A DNA stretch of 62,116 bases, the filler included. It is 4 parts of 4 records of this genome, joined end to end, with 100 filler letters (N's around TTAATTAATTAA, not from the genome) between each part and the next. Parts side by side here need not be neighbours in the genome. Positions count along the whole stretch, not along the records: positions 43,581 to 62,116 come from SRR22947727_3188; 3 more parts are not named here. One strand, given 5' to 3'. This document shows positions 51,556-61,738 of this stretch, one piece after another (positions within the stretch are counted from its first letter, which is position 1; each line of letters begins with the position of its first letter). The notes under the pieces were generated by a model. The model made no database searches. It saw only the letters and a program-made list of their open reading frames with translations, and was not told where the DNA came from. Position numbers and translations under genes: made by a program.

Positions 51556-52631
51556 GTGATAATGCGCCCATAACGCCGCCTATTTTCGACGGCCACAACG
51601 ATATTTTATCGCTGTTATATGATACCGGCCTATCAATGGATGCGCCGGTTGATATCGACAGATTTATCACCGGAATGTCTGGGCATCTTGATGCGGATAA
51701 AATGCGCAAAGGCGGGTTTGCTGGGGGCTTTTTTGCGATCTGGGTGCCATCGCCAATCGATATGGATGTCAAAACCACACAAATGAATTTGCCGGTTTAT
51801 GATTTGCCATTGCCGCCAGAAATCGCGCTTGATCAAGCTGTGCCGGTGGCCTTGGCGCAGGCGGCAATTCTGCATCGCATGGAAGCGGCAGGATATCTGC
51901 AAATTTGCACCAGCACGGCCATGCTTAAACCCTGTCTGGATCATGGTAAGATTGCGGCCATCATGCATATTGAAGGTGCCGAACCAATTGATCGGGATTT
52001 CTATCATCTCGATATGTTTCGCCGCGCCGGATTGCGATCAATTGGGCCGGTCTGGAGCAGGCCAAACAGATTTGGTCATGGTGTGCCATTTCGCTATCCA
52101 AGCAGCGGCGATATCGGCCCGGGTCTAACCGATGATGGCAAACGGCTTGTCACCTATTGTGATGCGAATGGCATCTTGATTGACCTGTCGCATTTGAATG
52201 AGGCGGGATTTTGGGATGTTGCCAAAATTTCGCAAAAGCCATTGGTGGCAACGCATTCCAATGCTTATGAAATCAGCCCGCATTCGCGCAACCTTACCGA
52301 TCGCCAGCTTGCGGCGATTGCCGAAAGTGACGGCATGGTTGGGTTGAATTTTGCGGTTGCCTTTTTGCGCCCTGATGGCCGGATGGAAGCCGATACGGGT
52401 TTTGACGTCATGCTTCGCCATCTTGATCATTTGATCGAACATCTTGGCGAAGACCGCGTTGGGCTTGGATCAGATTTTGACGGCACGACGGTGCCGCAGG
52501 CGATTGGCAATGCTGCGGGTCTGCCAGCGCTGCGAAGCGCCATGAGCGCGCATGGATATAATGCCGATTTAATGACCAAATTATGCCATGCGAATTGGGT
52601 GAATGCGCTTGGCCGCATTTGGCACGACTAG
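51552..52631 (+). CDS. Membrane dipeptidase family (peptidase M19)
   Basis: FDGHND, HIEGAE, IDLSH, ATHSN, SRNLTD, GSDFDG. Confidence 0.92.
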   Translation: MSDNAPITPPIFDGHNDILSLLYDTGLSMDAPVDIDRFITGMSGHLDADKMRKGGFAGGFFAIWVPSPIDMDVKTTQMNLPVYDLPLPPEIALDQAVPVALAQAAILHRMEAAGYLQICTSTAMLKPCLDHGKIAAIMHIEGAEPIDRDFYHLDMFRRAGLRSIGPVWSRPNRFGHGVPFRYPSSGDIGPGLTDDGKRLVTYCDANGILIDLSHLNEAGFWDVAKISQKPLVATHSNAYEISPHSRNLTDRQLAAIAESDGMVGLNFAVAFLRPDGRMEADTGFDVMLRHLDHLIEHLGEDRVGLGSDFDGTTVPQAIGNAAGLPALRSAMSAHGYNADLMTKLCHANWVNALGRIWHD

Positions 52632-52634
52632 CGG

Positions 52635-53795
52635 CTAGGCACGTTGATTGAACCGTCTGCCAACAAGCGCGGCGGCGATATTGATTTTCTGAATATCAAT
52701 TGATCCGCCAGCAATGCCCCATCCCCATGCGTCACGCATTTTCTGTTCCATCGGATATGATTTCGAATAGCCATAGCCACCCATAAGCTGTACGGCGGCG
52801 CTGGCAACCTCGCGGGCAATTTCATTGGCATAGCATTTCGCGATCGAACTATCGGCAATTGACGGCAGTTCCTGTTCGGCATTATTGACCGCGCGGTAAA
52901 GCAACAGCCGCGCCGCATCAAGCTTCATCTTCATCTGTGCAATTTGCAATTGGACAGCCTGAAAATCAATGATTGGCTTACCAAATTGTTCGCGTTCTTG
53001 AACATAGGCAAGCGCGTAATCAAAGGCAGATTGACCACAAGCAAGGCTCATTGTTGTATTGCCGCAACGCTCAAGGTCAAAGGCTTCCATCAATTGTTTA
53101 AAACCACCCGCCGGAACAATGATATTGTCGGCAGGCACTTCAACATTATCGAAATACATATCGGCGCTTGAAATGCCGCGCCAGCCCATATGTGATTCCG
53201 GTGCACCAAAGCTAAATCCATCCGTGCCTTTTTCAACCAGAACCGCACCAATGCCCTTGGCACCGGGCGCATCGGAAAGGCGGCAATAGACAACATAGGC
53301 ATCAGCATGACCGCCGCCTGAACACCAGCGTTTATTGCCGTTCAAAATGATTTTGTCACCATCGCGTTTGCCGGTTGTTTTCAAATCTGTTAGCGCGGTA
53401 CCAGCCTGCGGTTCCGACATTGACACGGCAACAACCATTTCACCTGAACAGACTTTGGGAAGGATGCGCTGGCGAAGCGCCTCGGGTGCAAAATGCGCAA
53501 TGGCCAAAGCTGGACCAAAGCTGGCCTCAAATACCGGAAAGGCCACCGCAACCGAAATTTTTGCCAATTCTTCGAGGATCAGCACTGCCTCAAAATGCCC
53601 AAGGCCAGCACCGCCATATTCGGTTGGCAGATTGATGCCCATAAAGCCCATTTCGGCAAAGCGTTTGCGAAGCGCCAGCGTTGGCGGCGTATCATTTTCT
53701 TCAATGGCTTTTGCATGGGCTGGCAATTCATCCGCGGCAAAGCGGCGTGCGGTGTCTTGAAGCATTTTCTGTTCAGCGGTAAGCGAAAAATCCAT
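52635..53795 (-). CDS. Acyl-CoA dehydrogenase
   Basis: SMSEPQAGT, LNGNKRW, REQFGKPI..FQ, QLMGGYGY; start MDFSLTAEQ. Confidence 0.93.
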   Translation of the reverse strand: MDFSLTAEQKMLQDTARRFAADELPAHAKAIEENDTPPTLALRKRFAEMGFMGINLPTEYGGAGLGHFEAVLILEELAKISVAVAFPVFEASFGPALAIAHFAPEALRQRILPKVCSGEMVVAVSMSEPQAGTALTDLKTTGKRDGDKIILNGNKRWCSGGGHADAYVVYCRLSDAPGAKGIGAVLVEKGTDGFSFGAPESHMGWRGISSADMYFDNVEVPADNIIVPAGGFKQLMEAFDLERCGNTTMSLACGQSAFDYALAYVQEREQFGKPIIDFQAVQLQIAQMKMKLDAARLLLYRAVNNAEQELPSIADSSIAKCYANEIAREVASAAVQLMGGYGYSKSYPMEQKMRDAWGWGIAGGSIDIQKINIAAALVGRRFNQRA

Positions 53796-54006
53796 AATAT
53801 ATCCATGTATTTGAGATGATGGCAGGCCGGACAGCACCACCATATTTTGTAAATTAGCTAATGGTAAGCCTGCCAATTTTCCCATAGGCTGTAAATTGAA
53901 AATCAGCAAGTTTACGCAATATGGTCAGTTTGAGATGCTTTGCCCACATCGCCCAAAGACGGCAAATCAGCAGATGCCCGTCAAGCTGGCCAGCACAACA
54001 GGATGA

Positions 54007-55245
54007 ATGATGACGAATAGCGATACGCCGATGGCGCTTGCCGGCATTAAAGTGCTTGATCTTAGCCGGATTCTGGCTGGCCCCTATGCTGCTCAGATGT
54101 TTGCCGATCTCGGCGCAGATGTGGTGAAGGTTGAAAACCCCGATGGCGGCGATGACACGCGCAAATGGGGGCCGCCTTTTACCAAAAATGCCGATGGCAG
54201 CCGCGATGATGCTGCCTATTTCAGCGCATGTAACCGCAATAAACGGTCAGTGACGATTGATTTTTCAACCAAAGACGGTGCTGATCTTGTTCGGCAATTG
54301 GCGGCCAAAGCCGATATTTTGATCGAGAATTTCAAACCTGGTGGATTGCAAAAATACGGCCTTGATTACGCGTCAATCGCCGCCTTTAATCCGGGGATCA
54401 TCTATTGTTCGATTACGGGCTTTGGCCAGACCGGCCCCTATTCGCACCGATCAGGATATGATTTTTTAATTCAGGGCATGGGCGGGTTGATGAGCATTAC
54501 TGGCCAGCCCGATGGCAGCCCGGGCGGCGGCCCGATGAAGGTGGGGGTTGCGGTCTGTGATTTATTCACCGGAATGTTTGCCGCCAATGCAGCCCTTGCA
54601 GCCTTGGCTTATCGCAGCCGTACCGGCATTGGCCAGCATATTGATTGCGCGCTTCTTGATAGCCAGATTTCGATGCTGGCAAACCAATCGGCAAATTGGC
54701 TGAATGCCGAAATATGCCCTGATCGTATGGGCAACAGCCATCCAAGTGTTGTTCCCTACACTGTTTATGAGGCCAAGGACGGATTTGTGATTATCGCCTG
54801 CGGAAATGACAAGCAATTCATCCGTTTGACAGCGGCGCTTGGCATTCCGGCGCTGGCGGATGATGATGATTTTGCCAGCAACGAAGCCCGCATCAAAAAC
54901 CGCGATCGTCTTGATGCTATGCTTGGTGATATCATTGCCAAGCTGGATCGTGTTCAGGTGATCAACAAGCTGGAAACAGCCGGTGTGTCTTGTGGCCCGA
55001 TTAATGATATTGCCGAAGTATTTGCCGATCCGCATGTCAAGGCACGCGGCGCGCGCATTGATCAGCAACGTGACGATGGCAGCCAGATTTCGTCAACCGC
55101 CTTTGCCGCCAAACTTGGTGTGACACCAGCGCAATATCGCACCGCGCCGCCACGCCTTGGCCAGCATAATGATCAGGTCATGCAGGAATGGGTGGGTCTT
55201 GGTGCAGATGCGGTTGCGGCATTGCGTGCCGCCAAGGTGATGTGA
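54007..55245 (+). CDS. CaiB/BaiF family III CoA-transferase
   Basis: DLSRILAGP, GDDTR, NRNKRS, ENFKPG, SITGFG, AVCD, PPRLGQH. Confidence 0.93.
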   Translation: MMTNSDTPMALAGIKVLDLSRILAGPYAAQMFADLGADVVKVENPDGGDDTRKWGPPFTKNADGSRDDAAYFSACNRNKRSVTIDFSTKDGADLVRQLAAKADILIENFKPGGLQKYGLDYASIAAFNPGIIYCSITGFGQTGPYSHRSGYDFLIQGMGGLMSITGQPDGSPGGGPMKVGVAVCDLFTGMFAANAALAALAYRSRTGIGQHIDCALLDSQISMLANQSANWLNAEICPDRMGNSHPSVVPYTVYEAKDGFVIIACGNDKQFIRLTAALGIPALADDDDFASNEARIKNRDRLDAMLGDIIAKLDRVQVINKLETAGVSCGPINDIAEVFADPHVKARGARIDQQRDDGSQISSTAFAAKLGVTPAQYRTAPPRLGQHNDQVMQEWVGLGADAVAALRAAKVM

Positions 55246-55261
55246 TCAAAATTGCCAGCCG

Positions 55262-55663
55262 CTATTGCTGTTGGAACCGTTCTTTCATTGATCCAAAAAT
55301 TGACCGCAATTTGGGCGAAACCGAACAATCGGCAATCAAGGTGACGATTGGTGCCACATCTTGCGGCGTGTCTTCATAGGTAAAAGCCGGAAAGGCGCGT
55401 GAAACGGCAAGTCTGATTTTGGCATTTTCCGGCAGCTGCATGATGGCAACCCCATCACGAAATTTTGCTGTTCGCCCCTGTTCGGGGGCTTCGGCAACAA
55501 AGGCGTCATTTGTGACTGTGCAGCGATTATCGAGATAGGCTTTGACTTGAATGATTTTTGGCGGCTCAAACTGGGTGCTAAAGCTTGGCATGACAAACCA
55601 TAACAGCGCAAATATTCCGGCAATGGTAAGGCCAACAAGAATCAATGACGCAAAGATTTTCAT
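55262..55663 (-). CDS. Hypothetical membrane-anchored protein
   Basis: N-terminal TM helix, two Cys; ATG after AAGGCG. Confidence 0.65.
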   Translation of the reverse strand: MKIFASLILVGLTIAGIFALLWFVMPSFSTQFEPPKIIQVKAYLDNRCTVTNDAFVAEAPEQGRTAKFRDGVAIMQLPENAKIRLAVSRAFPAFTYEDTPQDVAPIVTLIADCSVSPKLRSIFGSMKERFQQQ

Positions 55664-55708
55664 CAAGGTTTCGCCTTTAAACCGCACAATAGATTGATGT
55701 GACCAAGG

Positions 55709-56611
55709 CTAGAAATGCATACCAAATTCGCTGGCAAGCCCATTGGCCAGCGCGTCAAGCTTGTCCTTGTCCATTGGCCGCATTGGTGCACGAAGATTGC
55801 CCCATGCGCTATGGCCGGTTGATCGGGCGAGAAGTGCTTTTTGTGCGGGGATTGGCGCATAATCTTGGAACATCAAGCGCACCGCACAGACCTTTTTATG
55901 TTTGGTTTCGGCCAATTCCCAATTGCCAGCAAGACATAGGTCAATCACTTCGGCAATATCGGTTCCGTTCAAATTTGCCGTTGCTGAAATGCAACCGGGC
56001 GCGCCAAGCCGGATGGCTTCGATAATCGGCAATTCGGCACCCGGATAGACAATCAATCCGTCAATCTCAAGAAGCGCCTTGGTATTGTCCCAAACGCCCG
56101 AACTGTCTTTGATGCCAACAATGGCTTCGGGGAAATCAGCATGCAGCTTTTTCACAAGATCAATCGACAGCCCGACACCCGATACTTGTGGAATATGATA
56201 AAGATAGATTTTCAGCCTTTGATCATTCACACCGGCAATCAGCTGGGCGTAATAATCATATAGGCCAGCATCGCTCATGCCTTTAAAATAGAAAGGCGGC
56301 AAAACCATAACACCAGCACAGCCAAGCCCGACAGCATGCTGGCAAAGATCAATCGTATCGGGAAGATTGCAAAGGCCGGTTCCTGGGATCATCACTGCCG
56401 GATCAATGCCCGCCTTGACTAAACCCTCAAGCGCGGCTTTGCGCTCGCTATGACTAACCGACAGTGCCTCGCCGGTTGTCCCGAAAGGGGCAAGCCCACT
56501 AACGCCAGTGGCAAGAAGATGTTTGGCAAGATCGTTATACAACGACTGGTCAAGGTTGAGATTATCGTCAAACGGGGTAAGAAGAGGAGCAATAAGACCT
56601 TTGATCATCAT
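55709..56611 (-). CDS. DapA/NanA-family class I aldolase
   Basis: LLTPF, GTTGE, PPFYF, YHIP, Schiff-base GIKDSSG; start MMIKG. Confidence 0.9.
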   Translation of the reverse strand: MMIKGLIAPLLTPFDDNLNLDQSLYNDLAKHLLATGVSGLAPFGTTGEALSVSHSERKAALEGLVKAGIDPAVMIPGTGLCNLPDTIDLCQHAVGLGCAGVMVLPPFYFKGMSDAGLYDYYAQLIAGVNDQRLKIYLYHIPQVSGVGLSIDLVKKLHADFPEAIVGIKDSSGVWDNTKALLEIDGLIVYPGAELPIIEAIRLGAPGCISATANLNGTDIAEVIDLCLAGNWELAETKHKKVCAVRLMFQDYAPIPAQKALLARSTGHSAWGNLRAPMRPMDKDKLDALANGLASEFGMHF

Positions 56612-56707
56612 CGTGCTTTCTGTCGTGAATTGGCCTGATCGACTAACCGGCCGGAAAGAAAAGAAACAGACCCAAAGGTTTTCGCCAGAGGGTTTCACCA
56701 AGAGATG

Positions 56708-56736
56708 ATTATGACGGTAAATTGCCGCTTTCTCAA
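56708..56736 (-). promoter_or_regulatory. Sigma70-like promoter for the aldolase gene
   Basis: TTGAGA-N17-CATAAT on minus strand, about 100 nt before start. Confidence 0.55.
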
Positions 56737-57031
56737 GCCGCGATATAAGGGCTGTTTTACGCCGATGGTTTTCAGCGGTTAAATTACGCTCCCCGAAACT
56801 TGCCTTCATCGCTTGCCCTCATCGCTCGCTCTTATCTTTTTGGCCGTATCTTCTGGGCATTTGTGAATTTTTTGTGAAATCGAAGATGCCGCTTTGCTTT
56901 CACCAGTTTCGGCCTTAGAATCAGGGCAATGCCGCCAATTGGCTTGCTATCCCCATTTCAAGGCTGTTGCTGGCATGGGTCGATCCCAAATCGGCCTTCA
57001 AACCGAATTTACAAGAAAGATATATAGTTCA

Positions 57032-58456
57032 ATGAGTGTTGAAATTTCCCACCCGCAGCGAGCCACAAAAATTGTTGCTACCCTTGGCGATGTATCATCA
57101 AGCCCTGAGATGCTTGGCAAATTAGTGACCGCTGGCGTAAATGTCTTCCGGTTGAATTTTTCGCATGGCACACGCGAAGATCAGGGTGCGCGCATTGATG
57201 CCATTCGGGCGCTTGAAGCCAAAACCGGAACGCCATGCTGTATTCTTGCCGATTTGCAAGGGCCGAAATTCCGCGTTGGTAAAGTTGCCGATGAAACAAT
57301 CGTCAAAAATGGCGATCGCATTACGTTTGATTTGAACACCGATATGGGCAATGCCAGCATTGTTGGCCTGCCTCATGCGGAAATCTTCAAGGCCATGTAT
57401 CCGGGTGCCAGATTATTGATGGATGACGGCAAGCTGGTTTTCAAAGTGGTGTCGGTTGATACGCAAAGCTTTGACGCTGAAGTTGTTGTTGGTGGCCCGC
57501 TGAAAAGCCGGAAAGGGGTTAATCTTCCCGATATTATTCTTGATACAACACCGCTTACCGAAAAGGATTTGGCCGATCTTGCCTATGCGCTGGAAAAGGG
57601 CGTTGATTGGGTGGCCTTGTCATTTGTGCAGCGCGCCAGCGACGTAATTGCGGCGCGAACCATTGTCGGCAAACAGGCGGCATTAATGTCGAAAATCGAA
57701 AAGCCAGCGGCGTTGAATGACCTTGATGATATCATTGCTGCATCCGATGGTGTGATGGTGGCACGGGGCGATCTTGGTGTTGAATTACCGCCCGAGCAGG
57801 TGCCGGGCTGGCAAAAAACCATCATTTCCAAATGCCGCATGGTTGGCAAGCCGGTGGTGGTTGCAACGCAGATGCTGGAATCAATGATCGAAGCACCAAC
57901 ACCAACGCGCGCTGAAGCATCAGATGTTGCCGGTGCGGTATTTGATGGCGCCGATGCGGTGATGCTGTCTGCTGAAACAGCGGCAGGTCACTATCCGGTT
58001 GAGTCGGTTGAATTCATGGCGCGGATCGTCAGCTCTGCCGAGGCGCATATCAAATCAGACCCGGCATCAGGACCGGGCGAATTGCCGGTCGAACATAGCG
58101 TCTATCACGCGGTTGCGAAAACCAGCGTTGCCCTCGCCGAAACGGTTGATGCCAAGGCGATGGTTGCCTTTTCAAGTTCGGGCAATACCGCGGTTCGGAT
58201 TGCGCGTGAACGACCCGGAATTCCGTTTCTGGTGATGACTCCGCATCTGGATGTTCAGCGGAAATTATGTTTGCTATGGGGAACCCATACCGGTGCCAGT
58301 GCCTATAGTGAAGATTTCGAATCAGCGATTACCGAAGCCATTGCCGAAATCCGAAGCCGTGGCATGGCCAGCACTGGCCAGCAGGTTGTTGTTGTTGCCG
58401 GCATGCCATTTGGCATTGTTGGCACAACAAACTCAATGCGGGTGGTGACGCTTTAG
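57032..58456 (+). CDS. pyk: Pyruvate kinase
   Basis: TKIVATLG, FRLNFSHG, DLQGPK, SKIEK, MVARGDLGVE, TQMLESM, PTRAEASD. Confidence 0.97.
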   Translation: MSVEISHPQRATKIVATLGDVSSSPEMLGKLVTAGVNVFRLNFSHGTREDQGARIDAIRALEAKTGTPCCILADLQGPKFRVGKVADETIVKNGDRITFDLNTDMGNASIVGLPHAEIFKAMYPGARLLMDDGKLVFKVVSVDTQSFDAEVVVGGPLKSRKGVNLPDIILDTTPLTEKDLADLAYALEKGVDWVALSFVQRASDVIAARTIVGKQAALMSKIEKPAALNDLDDIIAASDGVMVARGDLGVELPPEQVPGWQKTIISKCRMVGKPVVVATQMLESMIEAPTPTRAEASDVAGAVFDGADAVMLSAETAAGHYPVESVEFMARIVSSAEAHIKSDPASGPGELPVEHSVYHAVAKTSVALAETVDAKAMVAFSSSGNTAVRIARERPGIPFLVMTPHLDVQRKLCLLWGTHTGASAYSEDFESAITEAIAEIRSRGMASTGQQVVVVAGMPFGIVGTTNSMRVVTL

Positions 58457-58560
58457 ACGAAATTTGGTTGCATTTAAATTTACTCTGTCTTTAGGCTATT
58501 GCCAGCAACCGGCTGGTTGCCATTTTGATTGTCCTGAGCAAAGCCATGGGGGAGATGGAA

Positions 58561-59517
58561 ATGCATTCAGTTGGATTTATTGGACTAGGCAATGTCGGCG
58601 GCAAGCTGGCTGGCAGTTTGCTTCGTAACAAATGTGACGTCATGGTTCGCGATCTTGATCGCGATGTTGCCGCACCGTTTCTAGAAGCTGGCGCAAAATG
58701 GGCTGACAGCCCAAAAGCAATGGCCGAAGCTTGTGACATCATCATTACTTGTTTGCCGTCACCAGCGGCATGCGCTGCGGTCATGGAAGCCGATGACGGT
58801 GTTCTTGCAGGCCTAAGCGCTGGTAAAATCTGGGCGGAAATGAGTACAACCGATGCTGCCGAAGTTGCGCGTCTTGGCGCGCTTGTCGAAGCCAAAGGTG
58901 CCAGCCCGGTTGATTGTCCGGTATCGGGTGGTTGTCATCGTGCAGCGACAGGTAACATTGCTATTTTCGCTGGATGCGACCGGCCGGTTTTCGAACGGCT
59001 ATTGCCGGTTTTGACGATCCTTGGCCGCCGTGTTCTGCATACCGGCCCCCTTGGCACGGCATCGGTGTTGAAAGTGATGACCAATTATCTGGCAACGGCG
59101 AATTTGATCACGCTTAGCGAGGCGCTTGTGACGTCAAAAATGGCGGGTATGGATTTGAACACTACCTATGAGGCGATCCGCATTTCATCAGGCAATTCCT
59201 TTGTTCATGAAACCGAAAGTCAGGTCATTTTGAATGGCAGCCGCGACATCAATTTCACCATGGATTTGGTGCTAAAGGATATTGGCCTTTTTCAATCGAT
59301 TGCCGAACAGCATAATGTGCCGCTTGAAGTCTCGCCACTTTTGATCAGGATTTTCGAAGATGGTCAGGCACGTTTCGGCCCGCGTGAATGGTCGCCGAAT
59401 ATCATTAAAAGGCTGGAAGAAGCCTGCAATACCAAAATTCTGGCGGCCGGATTTCCGGCAGAAATGACCGATGATGAGCCTGAAGAGCTGGGCTTTGAGG
59501 TTATCCCAAAATCTTGA
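58561..59517 (+). CDS. NAD(P)-dependent beta-hydroxyacid dehydrogenase family protein
   Basis: GFIGLGNVG, DCPVSGG, KVMTN, VLKD. Confidence 0.88.
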   Translation: MHSVGFIGLGNVGGKLAGSLLRNKCDVMVRDLDRDVAAPFLEAGAKWADSPKAMAEACDIIITCLPSPAACAAVMEADDGVLAGLSAGKIWAEMSTTDAAEVARLGALVEAKGASPVDCPVSGGCHRAATGNIAIFAGCDRPVFERLLPVLTILGRRVLHTGPLGTASVLKVMTNYLATANLITLSEALVTSKMAGMDLNTTYEAIRISSGNSFVHETESQVILNGSRDINFTMDLVLKDIGLFQSIAEQHNVPLEVSPLLIRIFEDGQARFGPREWSPNIIKRLEEACNTKILAAGFPAEMTDDEPEELGFEVIPKS

Positions 59518-60043
59518 GCCATTGATCAATGGGCAATTGGCCGGTTTCGCGCGCCCAATAAAGATAAACCGCAAGACAGACCAGAATCAGCAAATAAAGC
59601 GGCATTCGGTTTACGCTAGTGTCGCGACCCGGCTTGCTGGCATCATCATTGCTGATTTCTGCAACAGGGCTTGGCGTCTCCAGCGGTGCGGCTGGTGTTG
59701 TTGCGCCTGGGGTTGTTGCGACCTTTTTGTCTTGATCACCCTGCTGGATTTTGCTGTCACATAAGGGGCAAAATAAATCAATTTTCATATCACCGGAAAG
59801 ACGTGTGGGAATGGTGATTGCCATTTTGCATGACGGGCAATCGATGATTTTCATTTCGGCGGGTCGGGCAGGTTTAGTGCCGGTGGGGCAATTATACCCA
59901 AGACCAAATTGCGCGTTACATTGATGACAGGTAATGGCAACGGCCTTGTTGGCGGCCTGCGCTGTATCAACCTCGCTTTGTGACAAAAGGCAAAGGCTGT
60001 CACAATGCGGGCAATGCTTCATGATGCTGTCATTATGTGTCAT
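59501..60043 (-). CDS. Tandem zinc-ribbon protein with C-terminal membrane anchor
   Basis: CPHC, CHQC, CPSC, CPLC; P/A/T-rich linker; hydrophobic C-terminal helix. Confidence 0.7.
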   Translation of the reverse strand: MTHNDSIMKHCPHCDSLCLLSQSEVDTAQAANKAVAITCHQCNAQFGLGYNCPTGTKPARPAEMKIIDCPSCKMAITIPTRLSGDMKIDLFCPLCDSKIQQGDQDKKVATTPGATTPAAPLETPSPVAEISNDDASKPGRDTSVNRMPLYLLILVCLAVYLYWARETGQLPIDQWLKILG

Positions 60044-60204
60044 TTTTTCTGCTCCGCCTTAAATCTCTGATCGGCGTGAATGCCTTGAACGCCACTTTCA
60101 TACCATATCCTTTTACGGTGTTTTGTGGGGGTCTGATATGGCACCATATGGATGATGCTAACAAACAATTGAGCGCGGATCACTAGACAAATGAAATGAC
60201 TTTG

Positions 60205-60804
60205 TTAGAGGGCGCGGCCATTTAACCTTTGCCCAAGCTTGTCAATGATCACTTCAATATTCGGCAAAAACGGGTTGATGCGCTGGGCGGCGCGATAGGC
60301 CTGCAAGGCGCCCTGAAGATCGCCTTCGCGAACCTTGATCATGCCAAGCCCTGACAGCGCGCCAAAATGGCGTGGTTCTAATTTGATCACTTGCAGAATA
60401 TCATTTGCCGATCCGGCATCATCACCGCGAAAAAACCGAACCGTGGCGCGTTTGTTCCAGGCTTCGGCAAAGGCAGGCTTGCGCGAAATGATAGCGCTGA
60501 ACATGGCTTCGGCATCATCAAGCCGGCCAGCATTCATCATTTTGATAGCCCTATCCATCTGACGATTGATCGCCTGATCATCCGGATAGCGCGTCCAGAT
60601 AGCCCAGATTTCGCGTTCAAGGCTGGCGGCATTGGCATTTGATAGGCTTGTTTGCAATGCGGCAAATAGCGTGTCCAGCTTTGGATCAGTTTGATCGGCA
60701 TTGGCGGGCGCATAAGCAAGCAAAAGCATAGCTGTTGCCAGAAACATGATGATTTTTGACCCAATCGGCTTGGGGCTGGTCATTTTGGTTTGTTGATCCC
60801 TCAT
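60205..60804 (-). CDS. Exported TPR-repeat protein
   Basis: Signal peptide, LDTLFAAL, AEAWNKRAT, LEPRHFGALSGLG. Confidence 0.85.
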   Translation of the reverse strand: MRDQQTKMTSPKPIGSKIIMFLATAMLLLAYAPANADQTDPKLDTLFAALQTSLSNANAASLEREIWAIWTRYPDDQAINRQMDRAIKMMNAGRLDDAEAMFSAIISRKPAFAEAWNKRATVRFFRGDDAGSANDILQVIKLEPRHFGALSGLGMIKVREGDLQGALQAYRAAQRINPFLPNIEVIIDKLGQRLNGRAL

Positions 60805-61087
60805 CCTTAAAGACTATCGCGTCCCCATGCGCTTGCCAAGCGATGACATTTCATGCCGTCTTATCCAGCTTGCGACTTTGCGGCAAATCCTAATTGAGAT
60901 AAAATTAAGCAAATAGCCTTTAGAGATTTGCTGGGTTTTGTTCACGCTTTGCATGATTTTGTGGGGAATGTGTTTTGATTGATCAGACGAACCGCCGGTT
61001 TGGATTTAGATCATGTCTTTATATAGTTGTTGCTGGCTTTTGGCTTGTTAGCGGCATGATGCCAGCTATGCCAAATTCTAACCGGCT

Positions 61088-61489
61088 TTAGCTTTGCCGC
61101 CAAGCAAGGCCAGCACAGCGCCAGCCATTCAAGTGACCGCGTTGCTGATCGGCGTCAAGATCGCCTTCAAAGCCGTCGCTAATATTGATGACGGTCTGAT
61201 AGCCTGCCGACGCCGCCGCATTGCCAGCAGCCAATGATCTGACGCCCGATCGGCATAGCATCAACAGGCTTGTATCGGACGAAACCGCTGCCCCAAGTTG
61301 TTGGGTAAAATCGGCATTTGGCGTGCCATCAATACCAACCCATTCGATCAGCAATGGTTGCCGGTCAAGCGCATCCAGATTGGTAATCCCAACGAAATGC
61401 CATTCAGCTTTGGTTCGTACATCAACAAGCTGGGCGTTCGGATTGGCGGCTAAATAGGCCCAAGCCTCGGTAGCGGTCATTTGCATCAT
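61088..61489 (-). CDS. Rhodanese-like protein
   Basis: LVDVRTKAEW, CRSGVRS, GFEG, GW...L.W.Q. Confidence 0.88.
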   Translation of the reverse strand: MMQMTATEAWAYLAANPNAQLVDVRTKAEWHFVGITNLDALDRQPLLIEWVGIDGTPNADFTQQLGAAVSSDTSLLMLCRSGVRSLAAGNAAASAGYQTVINISDGFEGDLDADQQRGHLNGWRCAGLAWRQS

Positions 61490-61738
61490 AGTTTTGGTTG
61501 TCCTGTCCAGGCGGTGACAACACCAGTATTAGCAATTGCTTTGTTGTTGCCAAGCCTCTTTTTACCAGTTTTTGCCGCCTGTCGCCCTGTCCTGCAATGG
61601 CATTGCCTTGATTGGCGTTATTGACTGGCAAAGACGGCGGTTGGTTGCTGGCGATGATTCGGGGTTTGGTTTTGGGCTGTCTGGCTTTGGCGAAAAATGC
61701 TATTGAGGGTAGAACAATTGCAATCAAGGAGCCACGCC

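Noticed and set aside
52635-53795. 3-sulfinopropionyl-CoA desulfinase, suggested by IAGG and the adjacent family III CoA-transferase
   Set aside because: Retains Glu (DLER) where the desulfinase, as I recall, has Gln; more likely a true dehydrogenase
56612-56707. Riboswitch in the aldolase leader
   Set aside because: No glycine, TPP, SAM or cobalamin consensus recognisable; only weak stems
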